NCBI RefSeq assembly: GCF_009834535.1
Contig: NC_045697.1
Coordinates: 79,424,001 to 79,488,000 of the forward strand
Reading direction: 5' to 3'
Length of the DNA: 64,000 bases
DNA from: Camelus ferus
Taxonomy: Eukaryota
Shown here one piece after another: positions 25,866 to 36,472 of this stretch (positions are counted from its first letter, which is position 1; every line of letters begins with the position of its first letter). A program made the position numbers and the translations under genes. Below the pieces are notes generated by a model. That model made no database searches. It was not told the DNA's origin and was given only the letters and a program-made list of their open reading frames with translations.

Positions 25866-26216
25866 AAGAAAAGAAAAAGAAAAAGAAGAAGAAAGGCCGA
25901 GTCAAGAAGGAAGACACCCATACCAAAGAGTCAGATATGGACACAAGCAAGGAAAGTGTCTGCAAAGTAAAAAGATCCAGGACCACATCTGAGGGCTCTG
26001 AAGTAGAGACTACTGAACCCCAAAAGCCACCCTCAAAGAAAAGGAAAAAACGGGAAAGAGCTGAAGTCTTGAGCTTACCTTCAGTCAAAACAGGGAAGAG
26101 GAAGAGAAGCAGCTCTGAAGATGCAGATTGCCTAGCTCCCAAATCAAAAGTTAAAAAAATGGCTCCAAAAGACAACATTAAAAAAGAAGCTTCAGAAGTT
26201 TGCAAAGAAAGCAAAG
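25866..26216 (+). CDS. LARP7: LARP7 exon 7, Lys/Arg-rich linker ([12 protein letters not shown]...CKESK)
   Basis: TTACAG| acceptor, AAG|GTATTT donor, 351 nt; includes [11 protein letters not shown] and [10 protein letters not shown]. Confidence 0.95.
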
Positions 26217-26294
26217 GTATTTCTAACTTTAAGGGTAGGATTAGATAAACTTATTTTCTTAAGTGCTAATTTCTAAACTTGTTATTTAATTTAG

Positions 26295-26439
26295 AATTAG
26301 AAGTCTCTACTGAGGAGGAAAAGGATACTGGAGACATAAAAGACGGATCCCTCTTAAAAGCAAAAAGGAAGCATAAGAAAAAACATAAAGAGAGGCATAA
26401 GATGGGAGAAGAAGTTATACCATTAAGAGTACTATCAAA
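26295..26439 (+). CDS. LARP7: LARP7 exon 8 ([11 protein letters not shown]...[20 protein letters not shown])
   Basis: TTTAG| acceptor (an in-frame alternative AG lies 6 nt downstream), AA|GTAAGT donor, 145 nt. Confidence 0.95.
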
Positions 26440-26482
26440 GTAAGTCAACGGTACAAATTATATTGCTGGCAATTGACACACT

Positions 26483-26550
26483 CCATCACCATTGCTAAAG
26501 TGCAATTCCAGTTTGTATTGAACAGAGTTGCATATTAGCAACAGTAATGG
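26483..26550 (-). ncRNA. MIR367: pre-miR-367 (3p AAUUGCACUUUAGCAAUGGUGA at 26486-26507; 5p at 26524-26545)
   Basis: Both arms match the recalled mammalian miR-367 sequences and pair into a hairpin; miR-92-family seed AUUGCAC. Confidence 0.97.
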
Positions 26551-26612
26551 TTTGTAGCCACGATCTGCGAACAAAGTTGGTATACCACAGTTTGAGGGTT
26601 AAAAAGAAACCA

Positions 26613-26682
26613 CCGCACTAAAACATGGAAGCACTTATTTTTCTATAAAGTCACAGCAAGTGCCTCCATGTTAAAGTAGAGG
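26613..26682 (-). ncRNA. MIR302D: pre-miR-302d (3p UAAGUGCUUCCAUGUUUUAGUGC at 26615-26637; 5p ACUUUAACAUGGAGGCACUUGC at 26656-26677)
   Basis: AAGUGCU seed, hairpin complementarity, 302d-type 5p arm, fourth position in the cluster. Confidence 0.95.
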
Positions 26683-26776
26683 GTGTTCCTTAACAGATTT
26701 CAGTATACCATAGACCAGCAGTTGCATTAAGTACTCAGGAAGTTTTCTTGAAGTTAAAATGTAAAAGGAAGACTTA

Positions 26777-26845
26777 CCATCACTAAAACATGGAAGCACT
26801 TACTTCTTTGTTTTCAAAGCAAGTACATCCACGTTTAAGTGGTGG
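26777..26845 (-). ncRNA. MIR302A: pre-miR-302a (3p UAAGUGCUUCCAUGUUUUAGUGA at 26780-26802; 5p ACUUAAACGUGGAUGUACUUGCU at 26818-26840)
   Basis: AAGUGCU seed, hairpin, 302a-type 5p arm. Confidence 0.96.
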
Positions 26846-26944
26846 GGAGCCCAGTCTCGGAAAAACTTGAAACCATGCATACTTTTTGACCTGTAAATTT
26901 AAAAAGTAATCTGAGATCAAAATTAATGTGTTGTTTTGGAGACA

Positions 26945-27012
26945 CCTCCACTGAAACATGGAAGCACTTACTTTTGTTTTACACAGCAGGTACCCCCATG
27001 TTAAAGCAAAGA
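26945..27012 (-). ncRNA. MIR302C: pre-miR-302c (3p UAAGUGCUUCCAUGUUUCAGUGG at 26948-26970; 5p UUUAACAUGGGGGUACCUGCUG at 26984-27005)
   Basis: Both arms match recalled miR-302c; hairpin. Confidence 0.97.
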
Positions 27013-27075
27013 GGATCCCCTTGGCCTCTATAAATTAAAGATTGCCATTTGCATTTGGAAGCATAATTTGGATTC

Positions 27076-27151
27076 ACTTCTACTAAAACATGGAAGCACT
27101 TACTAATTTAAAAATCACAGAAAGTACTTCCACGTTAAAGTTAAAGGGAGT
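27076..27151 (-). ncRNA. MIR302B: pre-miR-302b (3p UAAGUGCUUCCAUGUUUUAGUAG at 27080-27102; 5p ACUUUAACGUGGAAGUACUUUC at 27120-27141)
   Basis: 3p arm matches recalled miR-302b; hairpin; first in the cluster. Confidence 0.96.
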
Positions 27152-27269
27152 CCATCTACTGAAGGGGAGAGAAATAAGTAAAAGAAAGTAAATCGCTTAC
27201 CTTTTAGAAGAAAGTTTTCTTAACCTTCTGAGTTATAATTTTCAAAGGATCTAGTTCTCCTCTTGAAGG

Positions 27270-27630
27270 GTAAAAGGAAAGGACTTTGGGCACTTCTATT
27301 TATACTATTCTTAACTCCTGAATTCCTTTTGCCTTTTTATCTCAGAGAATCATTACAAGAGCCCTTTGTTATTCTAATGTATCAGCTCTCAGGGAATGTA
27401 TGGTCCTGGGTGGGTCTGGATACTTTTTTTTTTTTTTTTTTTTGAAGTATACAGATGTCAATGTTAACCGCTAAAACCATTACCACAGATATCCTCCTCC
27501 TCTTTTTAAAAAAAAAAAATCCTCTATCTGCTTGTTTGATGGCAGAGATTAGGGCTAACAATGAGTGCTCCTGCAGAGCCTGGAGAGGCATTGTGTTTCT
27601 ATCTGGGGGAGCTCTAGCTGTTTGAAGAAA
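27270..27630 (-). promoter_or_regulatory. miR-302/367 proximal promoter: TATA box plus Sox/Oct-like motifs
   Basis: TATAAATAG on the minus strand (27304-27296); CTTTGTTATTCTAAT Sox-Oct-like composite at 27364-27378; Sox motifs AACAATG at 27557 and CATTGT at 27589; cluster is known to be OCT4/SOX2-driven. Confidence 0.65.
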
Positions 27631-28098
27631 CATCTACATGTTAAATGTAGGTAAATAAATAAATTGCTTCCATGGGGTGTTTTTTTCTTCTTAGAAAATC
27701 CTTTTGATTCAAGTAAATGTTAAGGAATGTTATCTCTCAAATTGGAAGCAGTTTAACAAATAATCTTTAAATTTTCTCATTTTTCCCCAGAGTTAACTGA
27801 CTTTTCTAGTAAATGTTACTAGTTAATTAATTCAACACTTATTTTCATAAACTCAAATATTTGAAACATACCAAGAATTGAACTGGCTGATAGAAAACAT
27901 TTAATCTGAATGTTGGGGCAAAGTGAACTCCTGTTTGCTGGCTTGCCAGATGGACTTAGACCTCGGGAAATAATTTGCCTGTAAGTGTTTAAAGAAAGAC
28001 AGACTGGGAAGAGGAATGATTGTAAGTCACTGTGAATGTGTATATATTTAAATATTTACTTTTAATGGTCTGTTGTCACTATTTTTTTTTCATTACAG

Positions 28099-28250
28099 GA
28101 GCGAATGGATGGATTTGAAAAAAGAGTATTTAGCGCTGCAAAAAGCCAGCATGGCTTCTTTAAAAAAGACAATATCCCAAATAAAATCAGAGTCAGAAAT
28201 GGAAAGAGACAATGGAGTACCTAATAAATCAGGAATGAAAAATGAAAAAA
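28099..28250 (+). CDS. LARP7: LARP7 exon 9 ([29 protein letters not shown]...KNEK)
   Basis: TTACAG|G acceptor, AAA|GTAAAC donor, 152 nt. Confidence 0.95.
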
Positions 28251-29028
28251 GTAAACATCACTATGATAGTTTTTGTAGCATTATGTTGTATTTATATACT
28301 AAAATACTCTTTGTGAGTTACTATTGAATAAAATTTAGTTTTGAAAACTTGATTATACAATGGTTATTAGTACAGTTACTGATTTGTGAAGATGTTCAGA
28401 TGTGTGATTTATTCTTAATATAAGAATACTTGGCTCATTTTAAACAGAATTTTAATCACGTAAATTTTCTCTACACTTTTCATTATTAATCAGATTTAGT
28501 AGTGAATACCCAGTTTATGAATTGAGCAGGTTTGTGAAAACAAAGATAGGTAATTTGTCACCTGTCATTTTATTCCTTGGTGTTAACCACAAACAGGAAC
28601 AAATTAAAACAAGATTCTCATGAAATACTAGATATTAGGATAAATTTTAAATTCCTGTAAATTGAAAATATAAGTAATTTATATAAAATGTTCTCTATAT
28701 AATATATTATCCTATGCCTGTTTAGTTCTTTATTGAGTAAAGCACTTTGTTACTTGTTTCAGTGAAAGGGGGCACTTGTTTTTTAAGGTTTTACAAGTGC
28801 TCTTCTAATGATAGGAGTTTGTACCTACAATAGTAAAAGTTTTTATATTTTACTTCATGATAATCTACAGGAAGTAGTGTGACTTACAACGTAATAACTT
28901 TGTGAGTCCATTTAATTATTTAAATCAGCCTGAGAAACTATTACTGTTTTTCTAAAGTGAGCCTCCAAAGTGTTAAATTATTAAGTATAAGAGATTAATT
29001 TGTAATCTTTTTCTTTTCAAATCACCAG

Positions 29029-29147
29029 CAAACAGTGAAGACAGTTGTCCCCAGGAGAAGGTTAATGCAGCAGGACCACAGTTTGTGAGTGGTGTGATTG
29101 TGAAGATCATTAGTACTGAGCCTCTACCTGGCAGGAAACAAGTCAGG
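29029..29147 (+). CDS. LARP7: LARP7 exon 10 ([40 protein letters not shown]), start of xRRM/RRM2
   Basis: Pyrimidine tract plus CCAG| acceptor, AGG|GTAATG donor, 119 nt restores phase 0. Confidence 0.93.
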
Positions 29148-32100
29148 GTAATGCTTTTGAATCCCCAGGGTAGTTGCCTCTCTCCTCTTAAAAATTCCCC
29201 CATGTAAAAATGTTTTGAATATGGAGAACAAGCAAATCAAATTAGAATTTCGTTTTCCAGTGGTAAACTACTTACTGCATTCGATTCCACAATAACCCTT
29301 AAGTTTGACTTGAAGAAAATTCTACAGATGAAAGTTCCTCCCTGGATCAAATTTACAGTGCATAGTTTAATCCTTCGGTAGGAAAACTGCAGTTTGTGCT
29401 TACTTTTGTTGGTACCCCAGTGGTGGTTGTATAGTTGCATGAGGAAACCATACTATAGTCATTATGACTAAAAGAGTAGATAAAGTAAAATGCTTTCCCA
29501 GTATTCATTTTTTGGGGGGAACTTTTTCTGTTTTCGGAAAAATCCAGAGAAACTGGATTTTAGGAAAATACAAAGTGCTTTTTTAAAAAAAACTTTTTGA
29601 AAGATTGAATCAACATTAGAGTTGGTCTGGAATTATTTTTAAAATAAAATTTTAATCAACTGGTGTTGTCTGGTTTGGGACAAACTAGAGAATTTGTAAT
29701 TTGTTTTCATTAGAGCTTTTAACTTTCAGTAGATTCCTAAAAGATTTTGTGACTTAAAAACAGAACTAATTTGGAATAAAAGAGATAATATGCATATTTT
29801 TCACTTACCATGGGTTTAGTTTATTTTTGTGAGTTAATGAATGCTCCTGGGAACTGAATTTTTTTCCTGAAAGAAATGCAGGTTTTCGGGGGGGAAAAAA
29901 GAGCCTTTTTAACTTTTATTTTTTAATTTTTTTTTTGCTATTTTCATGCTGATTATTGAAAATTTTTGAAGCAACTGTAGAAAAGTGTAAAGAAAAAATT
30001 TGCCAGTATGTACAAATAAATCTATAGTTCTACACAATTTACACTTCAAATTACTACACATACTATTCTAGTCTTTTTTCCACTTTATTTAATCTTCTAT
30101 AGCCTTTTGTACAGAAATTTCTTATTCACATATTCCTTTATGGAGGAATACCCTATTTTATTTATGCTTAAACCTTATTACCCATTTAGATGAGACATTT
30201 TCTTTTTAACTCTGTGATATGTTCTATAACATGGCAGGCGTATTTAAAATTCTTACACTGACATTCAGCGCCATCTAGTATGTTGTTTTGACTTTGCATA
30301 GACTCATACCAGTCACATTTTTAACTTGCATAACCATTAAGGTTGCTCACTGTAATCATCTGTAGGTACTCTATCTGAAACCTTGTAGCTGTCACTAACA
30401 CATAAATTTAGATTCTCATTATGATATTCATGAAGATTTTGGTCAATCCCAAATTGATATTAACAGCTTGCATTTCAGATTTTGATAGCAATATAGAATT
30501 TCAGGTAAGAAGTATAGAAAATTGAAGATGTAAATGCTGCTGTGGTTAGTCAGATTGCAAAAGATTTAACAGAAAAATTACTCAAAGTTTGTTATTTGAA
30601 ATGACTGACATAGGCCTAATTATATTTATCAAAGAGCTTTTATTGTCTAAATGGTAATTAAGTCAATTACAAGTTCTTCATTTATGATCACCAGAATTTT
30701 AAATAACTGCATTAAGCAAGTTAGTAGTTACTTACATTTTGCTGGAACAAAAACTGAGCTAAGATGGTTACTGCTGTCTGTGACTTGCCCATGTGATTAC
30801 CAGGTTAATTTGTCATTCTAAGAGGGTTTTAAATCCAGAGATTATCCTGGCATTATAATGGATATTTAGTAAATATCTTTTGAATTGTAGTAACCTAATC
30901 TGTCTGATGAATCAATTATAAAACTAGTACCAATGAAAATATTCAAATATCATCACTTCATACCTTCTTTTTCTTGCTTTGTGCCTAAATTTAATACTAA
31001 TTAACTAGATAGAGAACTGGGAAGACTTGGTAAGTATATTTCTCTCCAGGTCTCTTAATTATTTTTTCATGAAATTAGCATACATTTATTACATGCCTGT
31101 GCCTATTTTGTGATAGGCAATGTTCTTATTGCTAGAATGAGTTAAGACTCAGTCCCTAGCTTCTACAGATGCACAGGTTTTTACTACTTCATCTTTCTTA
31201 TTAACTAATAAACTTTTCTTATGAAATAACATTTCCAGGTATTGATCAGTTGTTTCTATAATTCAGACTTAAAAATCCAGCATGTAAAAGTAATCTAAAT
31301 TAGATGTGTCTTGAAATTTTGGGTTAAAAAGTAAAGGGAATCAGGTGGGTAAGATCCTTTTTTTTTTTTTTCCCCAATTGTGACTCTCCACTTACTTCTT
31401 TAGTTATATGAATGGAAGTTGATGAATTAAGAATTAGTGTAACATTCCTGCATAATTACATTGCATAGACTGTAAAACCCGCTGTGAAAAAAAAAAGACT
31501 AAGAATGCAGGAATCTTGTTAATTGGCCCTCACAGCAGGCATTATAGGTAGAACTTTTCCTTGCTGTATGACTCATCTTGTTTAGAAGAAGTTGCTTAGG
31601 TATTTTATCAGAGAGTAAAAGCTCTTGAGCTATATTCCTATAGACTACTCAGGAACCCAAGATCTTGTAGGTTCCATGAAATTTTTTCAGTGAATAGTTA
31701 TTAAAAGTTTACATGTATTTTAAGTCATAAGTCCTTTTGTACAGGTGAGTGGAAACATACTTCTTCCTTAATTCCGCTTGGGTTTTGTTTGTTTGTGTTT
31801 TTAATTTTGCTCTTTATTCTAACTACACCCAGGCTTGGAAGCCCTCTTCTAGATTTGAGGGTTGGAGGGAAGTATTTGTACATTCTGCTTTTTTTCTTAA
31901 GCAGTCAGTTTTCACATTCCAGTTAAGATTTTAAAGATGCTGTTGAATGAAAGAAACTTGTTAGAATTGATGTTAAACTGGTTCTCAACGTTGTCTCAAC
32001 GTTGTCTAATTTTTAAGGGCATTTGTATGTATTTTAGGGGAAATGTTTGATGTAGGATAGTTACTTCTCATTCTAAATGGCATATGGCTCAATAATATAA

Positions 32101-32189
32101 TACATTCTAATAGAATCATTGGAATAATTTTAGAATTATAATGAGACATTTTTATTATTTATTTTATATCTTTCTAAACTCTAATGCAG

Positions 32190-32349
32190 GATACTTTGGC
32201 AGCAATCTCAGAAGTTGTTTATGTTGATTTGCTGGAAGGAGACACAGAATGCCATGCTAGATTTAAAACTCCCAAGGATGCTCAAGCAGTAATAAATGCA
32301 TATATGGAAATAAAAAAGAAACACTGCTGGAAATTGGAGATTCTTTCTG
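32190..32349 (+). CDS. LARP7: LARP7 exon 11 ([28 protein letters not shown]...WKLEILS)
   Basis: TGCAG|GAT acceptor, CTG|GTAAAA donor, 160 nt; YVD motif of xRRM. Confidence 0.96.
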
Positions 32350-32580
32350 GTAAAACTCCATCGAATCTTCTTATTTAACAATTCTTATTGTGGGGTGATT
32401 GTATTATAATTTGTGAGTTTGGCTAATGAAACTAGAATTTTTTTCATATTCTAATATGTATAAAGTAGCACTAAATATAGTCAGAGACAACTATTCTGGT
32501 TCTGTTATTGATAATATAAATCCTTGAATATGTTTCTTCATCTGTATGCTTATGTTCAGTGATCTGTATCTGTTTTTTAA

Positions 32581-32709
<129 letters not shown>

Positions 32710-35599
32710 TGAAATACAAGAAGTTAGAATTATTTTCCACAGAAGGGTACATAATTTTAAATTTACTTTTTTTTTTTAACTAGTGATGTAATTTAAATCT
32801 CTGACTGCTCTGTTTTATAGCTTGGTGGTAAATGATTATTTAAAGATTGTCTTAATGGTGAAAACACAATGTATTTTGACTGCGTTTTTTGGGGGGTATG
32901 AGCCTCCACAGATAAGATTGAGAGACTATGCATAACATTCCCTAAAGCAATGATAAGCTTTATTCCTTTTTCTCTGTAATAGCCAACAAGTGATATAAAC
33001 AAGCTTAAATAAGTACATAAAAAATTTAATGCAAGCCTCTCAGTAATTTTATTTTAAATGATGCTAAGTAATTTATCAGATAATTATCATTGCTAGTGAG
33101 CTGTCTACTTTATTTTTTTAAAACAAAGTATTACACTTAAAAAAGTTAATACATCTTAAAGTGCTTAGAACAAAATAGGGCACATAATAACTAATATTAC
33201 TACTATCAGGTTTTAAATGTAATAACTAATATTACTGTTATCAGTTTTTAAATGTAATTATAAACATCAAAAAATCTAAAAAGATGTATGTACATCCTTT
33301 TGTGATTGGTTAGCACTTAAAAGGTTATACTGCCTGTGTTCTAGGTTTGTTGATTTGGAGTCCTATTTATAAAATTCTTTTTTCTTAAACTTAAAAATCA
33401 AGGTTTTTTCCATCTGCCTTGTATTGCCTAGGATCCATTGGAATTTAAAATGATTTGGGAGGTGTCCTACTGTTCTTTGTTAATTCTGTTTCCTTGAATG
33501 CAGACTGTATTTGCTGAGATGAGGGGGCCTTCTTCCTTCCTTAGGGCTCTTTCAGGTCTATGAGGTGTTAATTTCAAAGCCTGCTTGGAATTATTTAAAT
33601 GTTAAAATCATTAGTCCAGAGCTCACAACTGAAATTGAAATCACTTTGTTAAATAATACTTATCCTAATTGGTGTGAAATTTCATTTAAATTGTGTATAT
33701 TTTTAAGAGACTAGAAATCAGTAATTTTGTTTTTTTGAAAGATTCCATCTCCATAAATTAAATTTTGGGCAAGGAAGTAAGGGGATTTTATAATTTGGGT
33801 TGAAACACAATGAGTAGTAGTAGCAGTAGTTCTGTCATTGAGTTCTTTTCCTCATCTCATTTACCTGTTACACTGTGCGGCGTGTCATTGGAATGATTTT
33901 TTTTGATAAACAGAAGTATCAGAAAGTATAGAATCCTGGCTGAAGCTATGGAAGTAACTAGTTTGCTCTTCCTATGAAATGAAAAAAGGGTACCACACAA
34001 AGTAGCTTCTCAGCAGAGAGGGATTTAGACTATAATTAGTTTACTTTCTTGTTAAATTCATTTAATTAATATTTTTGGTACCTGTTTGTGTTAGCCACCA
34101 TTCTAGGAACTGAGAATATAGCCGTGTGTAACAAAGTCCCCTGCTTTCATGAGGCTTACAGTTAATATAGGTCAGATGATAAGTGCTGTGTAGAAAAATC
34201 AAATTAAGAGTATTATGGTTATGTATTAGATGAGGTTGTCTGGGAAGTTCTCTCTGCGAAGATGACATTAGAGCAGACCTTAGGGAAGTGAGCAAGCAAG
34301 CCAGGGGAGTTTCAGTGCACAGCTTTCCAGTCAGGGGCAACAGAGGCCTTGAAGGGAGATTGTTGGACTAGGAGGTGGTGTAGCTGGAGTACTGAAAGCA
34401 AGTATGTTAGTAAATGGAAATTAAGTATTTAGAAAAAAATTAGCAGCCAAAGGTATGACATAAATACCTCACTGACATTCCAGCCCACATTTCCACAGTA
34501 GTATTGTATTTGGTCCATAACTGAGTGAAAGAAAAAGCACTAATAAAAAAATCCGGTTCTTAATTTTCACATTGTAGAAGAGGATACTGGGGACAATTTC
34601 CTAAGCTCTGGTCATTTTATACAGAATTAAAAGACACAGGAGTTAGTAAAGAAAATTTTTATTTTCTGTGTATGATAGTTTTACACAAAAAAATCAAGTA
34701 CAGATAAGTTAAATTGAGACCTTTGACGAAAGATCAGTAAGATGAAGGAAAGATTGGCCAAGAGGGGTCTCATTCATCCTTACTAGACCAAATCTTTGTG
34801 TCTTATCACTTTGAGCATGTTGGTAAAATTAGATAACAGCTACTGGGACACAGTGAGGCTTTTCTCATTTCTCTTTAGCTTTTAAAGCATATTTGAACTT
34901 TTTGTTGTTTTCATCAAAATGGGCTTTCCTCTGTAAAGTACTCATGTCTGATATTCATCAGGTAAAGGTAGAATTCATAAAATTTGTGAATAACACATGA
35001 GTGTGACAGAGTTTTAAATATTTACATTTTTATTCACCTTACTGATGAATAGGCTTTTAATTTAATCTAAAAGTGACTTCCTGCTGGTGGCCACTTATCA
35101 CCAATTTAAAGAAGCTATTTTAATTAATACTCATTAGAATCTGTGTTTTTTAGAGAATAAGATTTTCATTTCTTCCAAAGCTAACTAAGAAACTTTAAGT
35201 TTCTCTATTAAGAAAGCTTTTGGAATATTTAGACATTTTAAATGGTCATCTTCTGCATTCCACATAATTTCACTTCCTTTCTTTAAAATTTTCAAGTATT
35301 TATATAAGGGTGTACAAACAATAAGTGGTCTTTATAGCAGATCCTTATTTGAAATATTTTTCAAGTTTGTAAGCGATTTGTAAACAAACCTTTGCGTAGC
35401 ACTCAGCCCAAAATATGCTGTCTCATTCAAATAATATATGAATACTCAAGCACAATATAATTACTAAAGACCACAAATCATTTAAGAAATATCATGATAA
35501 TTAATACTCAATACCAAAGGGATATGGGACAACTAACAAATATTGGTCCTTAACTCTCCTCAAATGTCAAAAAAAAAAATTACCAACATAGAATGGTCT

Positions 35600-35791
35600 T
35601 TTTTTTTTTTTTTTGAGTAAAGGTAGATTTATTTAGAGAGATACATACTGCATAGAGTGTAGGCTGTTTCAAAAGGCAAGAGAAAGACCACGAGGTGTGG
35701 GGGATGGGTGCTCAGATTAGAGTAAAAGTAGGCACACACTCTATAGACAGAGTGCAGGCTGTCTCCAAAAACGTGGGAGCAAAAGGGCGAC
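35600..35791 (-). mobile_element. Polyadenylated, LTR-like retroposed insertion in LARP7 intron 12
   Basis: Poly(T) at 35599-35614, AATAAA (minus strand) 13 nt from the tail, GAATGGTCT target-site duplication (35591 and 35794), TT/AAAA L1 endonuclease site. Confidence 0.75.
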
Positions 35792-36080
35792 TGGAATGGT
35801 CTGTTTTAATTGAAAATTTCTTAGTAATCTGGAACTGAAGTGAGAGGATTTTAGGTAATTCAAAGATTTAATATCTGTTATACTTAATAAGTTGTAACCT
35901 ACATAGTTGTCTCTGTAACTGATTTGACCTAAGCTTAGTTACTTCATTTGTCTGCCTCTTCCCCATTTTAAAAAATGTTATTTAAACTAACAATTATGAG
36001 ATTTTTTTCTGGTCATAATTACCGTTTTGTTTTTAGGTATGCAATGGATTCATTCTAATTTCTGATTTCTTTTTCTGTAG

Positions 36081-36161
36081 TTAATCACCAAAGCTGAAAA
36101 AATTAGACTCGCAAAGACTCAACAAGCAAGCAAACACATTAGATTTTCTGAATATGATTGA
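36081..36161 (+). CDS. LARP7: LARP7 exon 13 coding part (LITKAEKIRLAKTQQASKHIRFSEYD*)
   Basis: TTTTCTGTAG| acceptor, TGA at 36159-36161; summed CDS is 1746 nt = 581 aa with no internal stop. Confidence 0.96.
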   Translation, partial: LITKAEKIRLAKTQQASKHIRFSEYD

Positions 36162-36466
36162 AAAAATTTTGTTCACCACTTAAGGTTTCACTGAATGCTT
36201 GAACTATTCTTAGAAAATCAATTTTTTTAATGTTAGTAATGCATAGTGAATGTTTTTCTAAAACCTACATTTAATTAAAAGAAATACTTTTGTTCCTTAA
36301 CTTCTAAATAAGACTTTTTTCTAGAGACAAGTGCATTATATATCACAGTTTTTCATTAAACATTGTATTTGTTGAAATTATCTGATATAAATCAGCCTGA
36401 AAGTGATTTAGAAAATACGTGTTTTGAATATTATTATTAATTTTGTTGCTTTTATATTACAAAAAT

Positions 36467-36472
36467 AATAAA
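36467..36472 (+). terminator. Candidate LARP7 polyadenylation signal AATAAA (weaker ATTAAA variants at 36274 and 36355)
   Basis: First canonical AATAAA I find after the stop codon, about 300 nt into an AU-rich 3' UTR. Confidence 0.55.

Larger units (their letters stand above)
25380..27275 (-). ncRNA. MIR302CHG: miR-302/367 cluster host gene, antisense to LARP7 (ends inferred)
   Basis: TATA box at 27304-27297, AAG|GTAAGC donor at 27200, five hairpins, strong acceptor at 25623, AATAAA at 25436-25431 and 25405-25400 on the minus strand. Confidence 0.65.

Noticed and set aside
25804..26214. 136-aa minus-strand ORF within the antisense host region
   Set aside because: It is the shadow of the purine-rich LARP7 exon 7 (poly-Phe opposite poly-Lys) and begins at a non-ATG codon
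26613..27102. Regularly spaced ~20-nt direct repeats (AAACATGGAAGCACTTA x4) resembling a CRISPR-like array
   Set aside because: These are the miR-302 3p arms; spacers are over 100 nt and contain the paired 5p arms; the context is a mammalian intron with no cas genes
27156..27200. Strong minus-strand pyrimidine tract plus CAG at 27159, just upstream of miR-302b
   Set aside because: It is only 42 nt from the donor at 27200, below the practical mammalian intron minimum; it would need an upstream donor that I cannot identify
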